Shown in pieces: positions 1 through 12,900 of a stretch of DNA of 64,000 bases. This DNA is from Yuukianura sp. NJ FZ-2021. Lineage: Eukaryota. A program made the translations under genes and the position numbers. The notes beneath the pieces are model-generated. The model was not told where the DNA came from, did not search any database, and worked only from the letters and a program-made list of their open reading frames with translations. Location of the stretch: positions 5,332,001 to 5,396,000 of the forward strand of contig CM102289.1 of assembly GCA_046563655.1 (NCBI GenBank). Reading direction: 5' to 3'. How positions within the stretch are numbered: position 1 is the first letter of the stretch; every line of letters starts with the position of its first letter.

Positions 1-3000
1 AATTTGCTACACATTCTTGTTTGAGTCCATTAAATATTTTGTAGGAATAAAATTTCCTTTTGAAAGCCTACTAAATTTAAAAATAAAAAATTTCGTAAAA
101 TTTCTCATCAAAAACTAAAACATTTTTGTGTGTGGCGGATTTAGGTGCAATAGCCTTTGTGTAACATAAATAATAATTTTTTTTTCAATTTTACAAAATA
201 AAACACCCGCCTCCAATTAGTTTTAAAACTTAGTCAATAATAATACTCATTTGTTTTGTATAGCTTTTGTTTTCAGTTAATTTTTTTAAAATCATGATTT
301 GGTTAGTTAGGTTAAGTTTTAATTAACCTTACTAACCTCTTTAAAAAGCCAAGGTGAGACTGGGCGGCGGAGATTACTACACAACAAACGTAGGGGGGAA
401 AAGATGAAGTTTAGCAAATCGCTTTTGCGCCAATTTTGAAAACTTTTTTTTTTCAAAAACTGCACATGCGCAACCTAGCTAAATCTGCTCCATGCGTATG
501 CCTTTTTATTTGCACTGGGAAATTATTACATTTTTTTAAACTTTCTTTTCATCATGTCAAACCACCTTCGGAAAACTAACACCTTCTTGCACCACTCATT
601 GCAAAAACTTGTAATTAAATTAATAATTAAGTTTAAAGGTAATTAGTTAAATACTTTTTTTGTTTTAGCATGTTGTCAAGTTTTGATTTTGAGACTGCGT
701 AGTTAGTAAAACTTGTACAAGGAAGACAATTAAAACTACGAAAAAATTCTGTCATCATCAATTTTCAGTTTAGCATATTTTCATCTCAGATCACAAACAA
801 ATGACGTTTTTAGCCCGAGGAAATCAATTTTAATTGTAGTTAGTTAATTTTAATAAGGGTATTAAGCTATGATTTATTTAAATTTTCAACCGCTAAAATT
901 TTTGTTTTAAAGTTTTAGAACATCACCGACGTTTACGTTATTCTCATATTAATTTCTCACAATAACTTCTTTCCTTGCCATTCATTTTTTAGTTCTGATG
1001 TAGTAAGTTCTCTCCCAGTGCTGCGCAGGGGTGTTAATTTTCTCTACTGCGCATCTCCATTTCAAATCGTTCAAAAATTTGAAGAACCCACGTTCGCCAA
1101 CATTCCACTCCTCCATTGTTCCAAGAAACCCAATTGTTCAAGAATAAGCATTTTTGAAAAACTTGTGTCAATTTAAATACCGAATCGGGAAGTATGTATG
1201 AAACTTTTTTTCGTTACTAAAATTATTGATGATTTACTTTCAATATAAAATTTTTTGGAAACAAAATATACAAATCTCTACTAATTAAAAATAAATCCAA
1301 ATTGGATTTTTTCTTGAATTTCTATTTTTTCCATCTATTATTTTCGGTTGAGCAAAAAAGTGAATTTCAGTTTTATTATGTTTTTTCTTCCTTTCATTTT
1401 TATTGGAGTGGAGAGAGTGAGTGGGAAATAGGCCCTAAATTGCAATTTCCTTATTTAAAACAAAAAAAAGTATTGAAAATTTAAAGAAACTCAGTAAATT
1501 GTCTTTTCAATTTTCAAAAAACCGATTCTAAAAAAAACGTCATCAAAATTTAAAGCTTAAAGAATCAAGAAAGAATTTCGTGATTTTAAAAACCGCCATA
1601 AAAAATTTTCTCCTAATCAACTCATTTTTTTATCCTAATAACGTTTAGCGGGAAAAATAAGATTTTTTCGAAAATCGAATCAAATTCGATAAAAAATCGA
1701 ATTTGTATTTTTATTTCATGATATGAACAAGTCTAAGCCTGAAATTCTCCTTTTTCATTGTGTCTTCTCTACCCACGTGCAGTCTAACCATCAATCACAA
1801 AACAAAAAATGGCTACGAATTTGGTAGGTTTTTTTTTTTTGAAAACTTCGTATATTTCGTATAATGATTTTTCATGATTTTTTAGCTACCCCTCATTGTA
1901 CCAAACCCCTTTCATTTTTGATTACTCTCCCGTTTTCTTCAAGTGATTAAAATCTGTTTAATTAAATACTATGATTACTTTGACTATGTTAACTTTAAAT
2001 ACTTTTTTTTTGTAATTTTCATTCTTTTTTTCTGTATCACACTCAAAAATGCTAAATATATTCTTTTTTTAAAATGCGTCTATAACATTTAACCTTTTTA
2101 GGGGTAAAAATTTCGGCAGCGGATAAATAAAATTTGTATATTTCTAAAAACAAGTTAATTTGACAATTAATCATCACAAGGAGTTAAAACAATTAAATTT
2201 AAAATCCTTTGTTCATTTTTCAGAAAACCGCTTTAGCAAGGGTTTGCTTCTCTCAAGTGTTTAGGAACCCACGACGGCAACAATGGTTAATAATAGTGTA
2301 AATAGTTTTTGTCTAAACTATTCCTAGCGTATGCGCAGTCAAAATGCAAACAGGACGCTAAAAAGGTATTGGGTTAATACTTCATTTCAGAGAAAAAAAA
2401 TTCAAAAGTCTTCTGATTTAAATCGCCAAACTTTGACATGACTGATTTCTAGGAAGCAAGCAAGCCCGTATTCATTTTTCTAAAATTTTGAAGAAAAACC
2501 TAATTGTTTTCAACTTTTTAACGCTAATTTGTTTCATATGTCGAATTTAATTTAAACTCGTCCCCACTTTTGTACAAATGCCAAAACACTCGAGTATTTT
2601 TAGCCCGTCCATCTTTTTTTCTGCTTCAAAATGTCTCTCCACGAAGTTTTTAAAATTACGACCAACTTTACACAAAATTTTTTTACAGTCCGATTTGTGA
2701 TTCATTTCCGACGCGTCTAGAAAACTTTTTCAGTTTTCTAAAAGTTAACTCCTAAAATGTTTTGAGATGAGAAATTGAGATATTTTAAGAAGCTCCTAAA
2801 GTGTGTCACGTTTGAGAAGGGGTCATCGAGAGGTCAAGTTTTTGTCTAAATAAAAATTTCATGCAAGGTTCTAAAAATCTAAAATTTGTTTCTTGAAACG
2901 TTAAAAAAATGATGGAAATTCTATGCAATTTACTTTCTCTTTCTCCTAGACAATCAGAGTATCCTAGCCTAAGAATTTTGTTCAACGTGCAAGAATAAGA

Positions 3001-3957
3001 TTTTTCAAAAGTTTTAATTACTTTTTTTTAGGTAATTATTAAAAAAGCTGGGTATCTGTCCAAGCTTTTTCAAAGTAGAAGCGATCTCATCATCTTGTCT
3101 TGATTTTTTCTTCGTATCAAAAAGATGAGCAAATTTAATAAGTCAAAGGAGGGCGGGGCAAAGGTGGCGTTAAACTGTGGTCATTCTACAAAAGCAGTTT
3201 TTTCAAAAAGGGAAAATAGAAAAAATCCTTCTTATTTAAATGTTTGTCATTTTAAGAAAAACTGATGATCATGGAGAGATGTTTGTTTCAAAAAATATTT
3301 AAACTCCTAAAGCGCTTGCTCTCAAAAGTGTTCTTACATTTTAAACTAGAAAATGCAAAAAGTTTTTTTTCTTGAGAAAATTCTGATTTCAAACTTTCCT
3401 CCTCTTGTGTTAAAAGTTATTGCATAGATTCCATTGTATTGGCTTTTATTTCGTCATGTCAAATAGTTTTTAAAGAAGCGATTCCTTGCATGCAAAAGGT
3501 AAAACTTTGTTTTGCTTTAAATTATTCCTCTTAATAATTTTTTTTGAATACTTGACGGCTTTTACTTTTTAGAAAAATGCTGACTTTTCTTTCTTGTTCA
3601 AAACAAAATAAATCCCCGTTTCTGTTTTAAAATCTCCTCAATACAAAAAAGGAAAGAAAAATCTGATACATAAAAAAAAACGTTCCGTTACATTTTTAAG
3701 TAAAATCCAAACTATATTATGACAAAATAAGATCCTTAAATTATTTTTTTCCATTTCCATGTCTTCATATTAGCTGTTAAATAACTGTAGTTAATTAAAT
3801 TAAATTCACTGAGTTTGTTTCCATTATCATATCCATTTCAAAAGACAAAAAGAAAAGCTCCTTAAAATTAAATATAAATCGGAAGTTCTTTTTCAAAAAA
3901 ACAAAATTACGCTCTTTTTAAATGGAAAACTTCCGCTTTTTTTCAGTTCTGCTTGAT

Positions 3958-6900
3958 TCAGTCGCTGGGATAATCAAAAAATGGTGAGAACATGTTGTTT
4001 GCGTGTTTCCCTTCACCTTGATTCTGTTCCTTAGCATTGCTATTCCCCCCATTGTTGTTACCATTGAATCCATTGAGTGATGACAGGGATGACAGACTTC
4101 CACCTCCACTGCTGCTCGATCCCACCGTGTTTCCACCGATCCCACCATCACATCCACCGTCCAAGTGACCTCCAAGTCCAAGACCCGTCACAGACAGCAG
4201 ACTCGGGTAATCGAAGAAGGACGAGAACATGTTATTTCCTTCCGGTGAAACGTTCTCCTTCTGCCCACCAAATCCACCGCCATTTCCTCCGTTCAAAGAC
4301 GAAAGTGATGACAAGCTTCCACCTCCGCTGCTGCTCGATCCCACCGTGTCCACACCGCTTTCTCCAGATTCAATCGTGCCCAGTCCAAGGCCAGACACTG
4401 ACGACAAACTGCTACTCAAGGAGTTAATAGCACCCAGGCCGAGGCCAAAGTTCAATCCCAGTGCTTCGAGGCCCTGCAGTCCATTCTTGTAGAGATTCGC
4501 CAACAGATCAGTCTGGGAGGCTGTGAGGTCCTCTCCAAGTGCAGTCGTGTCCAATGGTAAGCTCCCAGTTCGAATTGCAATGTGAGCTTCAATCTCTCGT
4601 TTGGCCATTTGGACACTTTCTGGAAGGCCAGTCACTTCAAAGACAGGATCCTTGTCACGGGATGGGGTCACAATGTATGTGTGCGTTTGTTGCTGAATTC
4701 TCTTGATAGTCGCTCCTTTCGGTCCAACGACGAGTCCGACAACACGGTACGGAACACGAACTTGGATCGTAATTTGACCCGGAATTGGTGCCGGAGCACA
4801 CGTTGGTGAAATGGAGCCACCAGACGGCGATCCCAGAACTCCGGATCCTCCTTTGCGCGATGCTCGAATTTGCGTAAAGTGATCTGCTGCTGACAGAATC
4901 TCACGTTTTGCAAGTGCCACGTCCTCCTTACGTCCCGTGACAACAAATACTGGCTCCTCCCCTCGAACCGGAGTCTTGATATACGTGTTCGTCTTCGTTC
5001 GAAGGGCCTTGATCTTGCAGCCTAAACAAAAAGACACAAAGCAGAACAGTCTTTAGTTTCCTTGTAAATTAAATTGTCATATCATCTTCAAAACAATGGA
5101 CGCAAATTTTTCAATTTTCTTCTTGAGCATTAACGACTTCCGCCAAATTCAAATTCAAAAACTAGTTACTCCCTCCTCAATTTACAAAAGACATGCACAA
5201 AGTTGAAGCAACTATAACAATTCAAGTCCATTTTTCATTTTTATGTTCTGTCTGGGTGGGATTCGTGTCCACAGTTTCTGCTATCTATGAAAGCCAGTTA
5301 GCAACCTTCATTTCCAACTAAACTCAGATTCCAATTTGCCATTTCTAACGTCACTGTAGACTTCTCTTTTAAATCCTTGTTTGCATTAGCCCACACTCCT
5401 ATGACTTGCAAGCACTAAACCTTACATCATTTTCCTTTCAGTTCGTACGGGAAATGAATCATCACATCACCAGTAGGCAACTGCTACACTTTTCAAACAT
5501 ACAAAAAAGGCCTTGACTCGTAAAATCTCAGGCAAACCAAATTTAATATTCCAAAAGACAAAAACGCTCAAATCCATTTCCGAAAGAACTCACACTATTT
5601 ACCTCCAAAATCAGAAATTCAAATTCCATCGCTCATCTTCATCTTCTCAACTTCTGTTCAAAAATTCAAAAATTCTCTTCCGTACTCCCTTGAATGATGA
5701 TGACATATCCAAATTTAAATTTTAGCTAAATACAGCTACATTTCCAAGCCTCCCCAAAACGCTGTTCTGTTCAGCCTCACTAGTTGAAACCTAGAACATC
5801 TCCCGCATTGCCAAAAATGTCATTTTCCAAAATTAGAGGCAGCTACACAAGCTCTGCTTCATCCCCGTCTTCCTACTCATTTCTAAACAAAAGCTCAAAC
5901 TACATCTTCAAAAAACAAGTTCTCTAGTGTAGTCGTCCACATTTTAAGCTTCCAACACCCAAGTTCTAAAAGTTCCTCAACCATGTCACACTCTATGCTC
6001 ATCTGGATTCTTCCTAAAAATAAACTAAAATTACAAACTAACATTCAGCGTTTGTTAAATTCAGTTGTGCTACCGAGTACACAGTCACAACGAAACCTAC
6101 CAGACACGAAACAGCAACTTTCAATGTATTTTTTTCCCTGGAAGTGGATGACTAACAAAACCGTCCATTAGAATGTTTGCCCACAAATTTTGACAACGAT
6201 ATGACCAACACTTTCCCAAGTGATAACCTCACCATGTCAAACCTCACACTATCATCATCAATATGATGATGGTGAGAGGAAGTTCAATTACCAAAAACAG
6301 CTTCAAACACTCTACCAAAAAACGTTTTTTTTAACTTTGTACATAAATTTTAGACTCTAAACGCAGAATCTGGCACTGCTTTAAAAAATCCAGGAAACTA
6401 CAATCTTCATCTCTACATCTTCATCAGAGGCTCAAAAAATCTGGATTTCAAAGCACCTAAAAAACCGCATTTCCTCATCACCACTTAAAAATAGAATCTC
6501 CTTCACAGAGGGTTATTCACATTTACAAAAGTTGACTTTTCAGACAGAACCAGACACCACACTCATGCCACATTGCATTCACATGTTCAAATTTCCATTC
6601 AACATTTTAGTCAATTTGAAAAAAAAAATCTCGAAAGTGGCCTTTTCCATGTCTGTCTGAACATGAAATTTTCGTTCAAAATAGCCACTATTTCCAACAT
6701 TGTTTCCAAATCGCTCTCAATCTAAAAATTCCACAGCAAGTTTCCATTGTATTTTTCCGTCAAACATTGCAAGCGAAGTTTCTAAACCTCGAAATCCATG
6801 TGCCGCAGTTTTTTTTTCTACTTCCAACTAAACTCCAGGAAAAACAAAACCTCAAAAATTCTAGAAAACGAACCACAAAGTACAAAGTTCGTAACTACAA

Positions 6901-9900
6901 CTCACACCGCCACGTGAAATCCGTAAATTTCCGAATTCGTTTTGTCGCAAATAAAGAAAATTCCAAGGATAACAGAAAAAAAAGATGAGTAACGTCCTAC
7001 GACGTACGAGATGAAAGTTCGTTTTTAGCCTACATTAAAATAACATTTCCTATTATTTACTCCAACTAGTGTCGTCTTTCTGGCTATCATATCATTTCAT
7101 ACTTGGAAATTGCAGTTTGCATAAATGCTAATTTTGATATTACTTAGATGCGCATGCTCACTTTGACATGACCTCAACGTCAATCCTGCAATCTAATCTC
7201 CCATTACAACGACACGCTTTGTCAATAATACGACCCAGTACCCGCCAGTACATTACTTACTTTTCCATTTCCATTTCCATCAACATGTCAACCTACTTTT
7301 AGCAACTCTCAGCATTGCTAAATTGCAAACTGCCATGAAACTTGCAACTTGCAAGAAGCTGCACAGGCACACAACGACAGCGTTTGTTCAATAACTCAGA
7401 AACTTGTGACTGTTTCAAAATAAAGCACTTGAGCCAATTCAAACATTCCTGTAGTTCCTAAACACCAGTTTATCTTCACTTTCTGCAACTCATCACCAGG
7501 TTGACCTTTGACCTGCAGTTCACACCAACCAGCACAAGGTTCACCTACTTATGAATCAATGACCAAATGATTTACTAATTACCAAAAAAAAAGTGCAGGA
7601 TTTTGCAATTTCTCTTTTACCAAATGTCTTTTGAACTTATTTGGTAAAATGACCTTAAGATTAGTTCACTTTTTACAAAACGCTTCCTAAACGCACCAAA
7701 AAATTAGCAAATCGAGGCATTTCACATTAAGTTATGAAAAACTGTTGCAAAATAATAAGTTACTTTAATTGCACAATACAAATAAGGTGTCCCCCTCCTC
7801 CCATTGTCCTTTTGGCCAAAAATCAATTCCAATATATTCAATTAATTCTACATTAAAGTTTTTGATATCCCATCAACATCTTTTGCTACAATTTCCTTTA
7901 CATGGACATTTCCTCCACGCACAATCTGTTCATCTCATCTCCAACAATAAACACAATGCCAAATGCTACTAAAAACATTACAGTCCTCCGTAATTTTCCA
8001 CCTACACAATTTCTATAAAACGCAAATTAACTCTGACCTCTACAAATGTTAAACCAATTCAACAAACAAAAGATTTTAAAATTGAACGCCTTCCCGCCCA
8101 TTATCCATACACGTCGCCCAGACCCTGGCTTTTAGTCAGCAAATCTTTCATCTTGTCGATACTTCTTTTTCGAAATCTAAATCTTCCGCTATTGCCATTT
8201 CAATTGAAATGGGCGGCGGTAAATTTTGAATATGAATCATTTGCCATTCAAATCCATTCATATCCCGCGATTCTTTCGTGTCAAGTGGAGGTGTCTGACC
8301 GATGCTTCTGCATCTTACTGAGCTTTGCTTCTTGATTCTTCGCCACAAGCAAAAATATGAAAGCAAAAGAGAGGCAAGTTCAAACTAAAATTATTGTTGT
8401 CGAAAGTACCAGAGGCAATCGTTGCTTGTCCACGTGCCCCACGATACAATTCCCATAGTCTTGTACATGTCCGCTCAGAGGTCATGACCCCATCACTCAC
8501 TCGTCCTCTGTCTCATCTATCGTGACAAATAAACAACTCATCTCCGCTTGTCTTCTCTTGCCACAAATACATCTTTTCAAAATTGACTCCCAAATCTAAA
8601 ACTGTTCACCCCTTCATTCAAAAATCCACTCTCGACACAAAAAACATCAAAAACAAAATTTTTTAAACCAAATTCACACGCATTAAGCAATCTCGAAATC
8701 GAAAACCAAAACAGAAACAATTTTATTCTCAAACAGACTTCTGCTTTGAAGTTCCCATTTTCCCAGAAAAGCACAGAAAAACCTGCTTTTTACGTTTTCT
8801 GAAGCGTAGTTACTCCCTTCAAACCTGAACGAACTTGAAGTGAACGTGAAGTCAAATGAGTTCAAATTCACTTTAAGCCTCGTGCTCATCTATTCGTGTC
8901 CGTCCTCTCCCAAGTTCATCATCTTCCTAAGCTAAACTACAAAGTAATTTTACATAATCGTCCTCTCCTCCTTAACTTTTGAGCTAAAGCCTAACTTTTT
9001 TAAGTTGATCCCAAGAGAGTAGAGTGTTATTTAATCTAAATCCAACGTAGTTAGCTCACAGATGATGATGAGTTTCTAGTACGTGCAGAGTACCAAGTCC
9101 AACCAAGTAGTGAACTCTTCCCGTGTCAATGTTCTCTCCTGTTAATCTGTATCGAAATGATACATCCGCCCTTACCACCCCATGTCTCCGTCCATCCTCC
9201 ATTTTAATTCCGAAACACAAAGGACGCATAATCCTAAAATTCAAAAAATTTCTCATAACGGACACACTTCCTCCACTCCCTGACTTCAAACTTCAAAAAA
9301 TTTATCCCGCCCCCTCAAGTTTCATTAAATCAAATTCACTTTTAAAATCAACTTGTTTCAAATCGTAATTAAAAAGGCCTCCCTCCTCCATCCAGTCAGA
9401 ACATGACAGAAACAGGCAGAACTTGCCTATTATGCTGGAAGGAATTTTTTCTTTCTAGACCAGTTTTGTATCCAGGCAAAACTTAAAATCAAGACATGAA
9501 TCCGCGAACGTGTGAATGTCACTGGGGCAGTGACCCTACCTTTAAAATTACTCGCGCAAAAACTTCAAAGAGCCACAATCAAACTTTTCATCCACATGAT
9601 CTCAATGGTGTTTCTTTAAAAACGCATTCAACTTGCCATTATCCGTCATTATCAACACTCCAGTCACCATAAGTACAAACGAAAAAAACAAAAAGAACGC
9701 ATTGAAGATGATGTAGATGTTCCTTTGTTATTAACCTCCAAATAGCTCCATCATCTTCACATTCCAAAATACTGCTGAGACACCTTGAACAAAAGTGGCC
9801 TCGGAGCAAGGTGCTTGCACTCGTAACAAAAAAAAAAACTTTAAAACTTTGCTTTAGTATATTTTAAAACCATTTGAAAAACTTTATGCATCCAGTTTTA

Positions 9901-12900
9901 CTCTTTTTTCTTTCATAAGTTTCCAAAGTTGTGATCTGTTAGTGATGCATTCCTGGCTCTTTTCAAAATAAAATTTAAAAAAGCAGCGTCATTGTTCAAA
10001 CTTCAAAGAATTCAAAAAAGTTCAAAAAAGCCTCGGAGCTATCCATGCTTCTCAACAGCATAACATTTCTCCTCAAACACTTTGTCTTCATTCCATTCCA
10101 TAAATAATACAACTAGACTTTAACAAATTTTTATGAAGGTGTAGACGCTGCCAAACGCAGACTCTCAACCATTTCAAAATCAACCAACCATCAACTCCAA
10201 ATGGACCATTTGTGGACACATTTACAAAACAGTTTCCAACACCTACGTTCACTAAACAACCTACTGGAAGTCTCGTTAAGTTTCAAGTGCCCCTTAATTC
10301 ATTCTGGAATTCCCGCCATTCAATACACCTAACTTAGCCCTGTTAGCAACCAACTTTAAAATTTCATATAATTTACAATTTAAAATTTCCAAAACTGCAC
10401 CTTGTAAACTAATTTACCGCCACCACTAAAAAGCCTGAGATTCTGATTCTGATGCATGAGCAGAGCGTAATTCTGCTCCTGGCTAACCTTATTTGTTTGC
10501 TTTAACACTGGCTAAAGACAGGCTTCAGATGAAGTTATTGCCCTCAACAGATTTTAAACTTCAGTGCCTTAATACCACTCCAAATTCAACAAAAAACACT
10601 CATACACAAAAACGTTTTACTTTTTTTTTTCATTACATCGTTGTTCACGGAAAAACATACACTCCAAAATCATTTTCGCTTTTTTTTTTTCAAAGTTATC
10701 GACTTATGGGGGGAGATTTTACCCAAGAAAAAACGAATTGACGTTTTTTACAGTGCGCAGATTATTTTCTTTGAATTTGGTGCTAATCACTCCCACACAA
10801 TTTTAAAAATCAACAAACTCTCGAGTTTGTTGGTGTCTGCTTTTCCATGAAACAAAACTTTTATTAGTTACTCCCTCCACTCACTCCTATTTACACCAAA
10901 AATCCAAACTTAAAACTCCTTATGAAAAACAATACCAGCTCCTGCGTCACGGATTTTCATAAAAGCAAGGCCATGTGATCAGCGCGCATGTGCAGGGCCG
11001 TCACGTATTAAAATCGGGCCATATGCCTTCTTCTGCCTCCCCGTCATTCATTCTCGCCTTCCCCTGGCCATATACAGATCAAGTAACTAAAACGTTGGTA
11101 AAAATGCAGCTTTCGAATAGGAAAACACTGGTTTTCCAGGTGACCAAATTAGGTATTCGCCCTCCTGCCTCTCTCTAAACCATTACTCAGAGTTAAACAC
11201 ACTACGTAAATCTCATGGAAAATCATCCAACGTTTTATACAGCATCACGTATTGGTCTCGAAATCACCAACCACTCCATTGTAACATTCAAAACCATGCC
11301 AAAACTAAAACTAAACAAAACCAGTGACTAACAGCAGCCTCTGCTTCAGCCTCATGAATAATAAAATTAATCCAACATCACCACTATAAGCTTCAACCTT
11401 CTCTCCAATTTCACATGAATAAACACGAGTCAAAGGTTAAAGTGATTATCAAACACACTAAACATCAAAGGAGGCAATTTCGCCATTACTTAAGTCCAGT
11501 GTCAACTGCATTTAAATTTTTCACCTTCCCTCTCAAGACTGAATGCATCAAGAAAACAATAAAAGAAGAAACAAAGGACTTTGCAAATGGCCTTAAATCT
11601 AAATCTCAATTAATTTAAATCTCGTTTTCTCAATCCTTGTTATTGAACTTTTTTTTCCTTTATCTTTTTGGCGGACGTCAATCCCTAGGTTTTGTGAACT
11701 CTAAAATCTCAGTTCCATATCACGTCCCTCCTTAATTCAAACTTCAGCGGAGTGTTGTTTGGCTTACACTTTAGGCGCCAAAATGTAAACATCATCATCT
11801 TATGGATAGTTGACCTTTCACCTTTCTAGAATATTTGATGTTTGATGAGAAAAATAAATCTACAGAAAGTTGCAATTCCTCTCAAAGAATTTTCAAATCT
11901 CTGCCATTCCATATGACTCTTGATCTTGACAAGTTAATGGCCCTGGCCAAAAATAGATTTTTTTTAACCAGTTTTTTTTTCCAAGAAAGAAACTCTGAAA
12001 TTCTGAAATTCATCTCCGAACTTCTCCCACACGGAATTCGTATTTTTACAAACTCCCATGAAATTTTTAACAATGCTTTTCTAACGTCTTTTCTTTCCAT
12101 TGTCGTCACGCAGAACACAATTCTCAAAACTATGGAGGGAAAAAACTGCCACCGTCTTGTCCTTGAGCGAGGTCACGATTTGTCTACCACTGCAATGCAG
12201 TTTCAGCTCCTGATTCTACCATAGTATCTTCTCACAATGCACCAAAATACAGAAAGAAAAGGAGAAGGATGAATGACCTTCACCTCACATTCGACATTGG
12301 CCTGACTCATACAATTCATGAATACAAGTCAGTGTCTTCCTCCGAACGACAACAAAACTGATTGACAGGCACAAATAAAGTTACCCCAACCACTAATAAG
12401 TTTTGTTTATCAAACTTAAAAACTGTCACAATTTAAAAGTTAACTCAACAATTTAACCAACATGAGGACTAACATGTTCAAGTACATTCGAAGGCATTTG
12501 GTTTTTTAAAATATGAACATAGCTCGAGCCTGACCCCAATTCTTAAAAAAAGACCGGTTTCCAACTGGAGGGGTCCTTGAAGGGTCCCCCTACCTTTATG
12601 TTTTGTCTGGCTGCTAAATTAACAATGATTGTGAAACAACCTTTGTCCAATTCTGGGAACCGAATCCACAGCACTAATACTGGGCCAGTATCCAAGGGCC
12701 AAAGTTACAATAATGATAGCCTATTTCTATACTTCAAAGCTTCAGAAGTTTTTTCTTTGGGAGTCCTTGGACGAACGGAAAGAGAGTACTTAAGGGTCCC
12801 TTCCCTACCTTAAGAAAGCCTCTCATGTTACGTTGTTCACTGCAATAAAACCTAAAAATGTTCATAACCAGACGCTGGCTCTGGCTATTAAAATGTTCCT

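Noticed and set aside
1..3957. Coding exons (for example a MEX3 RING exon) in the AT-rich first 4 kb
   Set aside because: Only one short F-rich ORF and no Cys/His RING pattern; treated as 3'UTR or intergenic.
3918..4946. Alternative-frame and antisense ORFs over mex-3 exon 2
   Set aside because: Shadow ORFs of a GC-richer low-complexity coding region.
5022..12500. Strong C/A-rich skew on the + strand and many 60-130 aa ORFs in the mex-3 intron
   Set aside because: G/T skew on the transcribed strand is ordinary for long introns, and the ORFs lack motifs and consistent splice sites.
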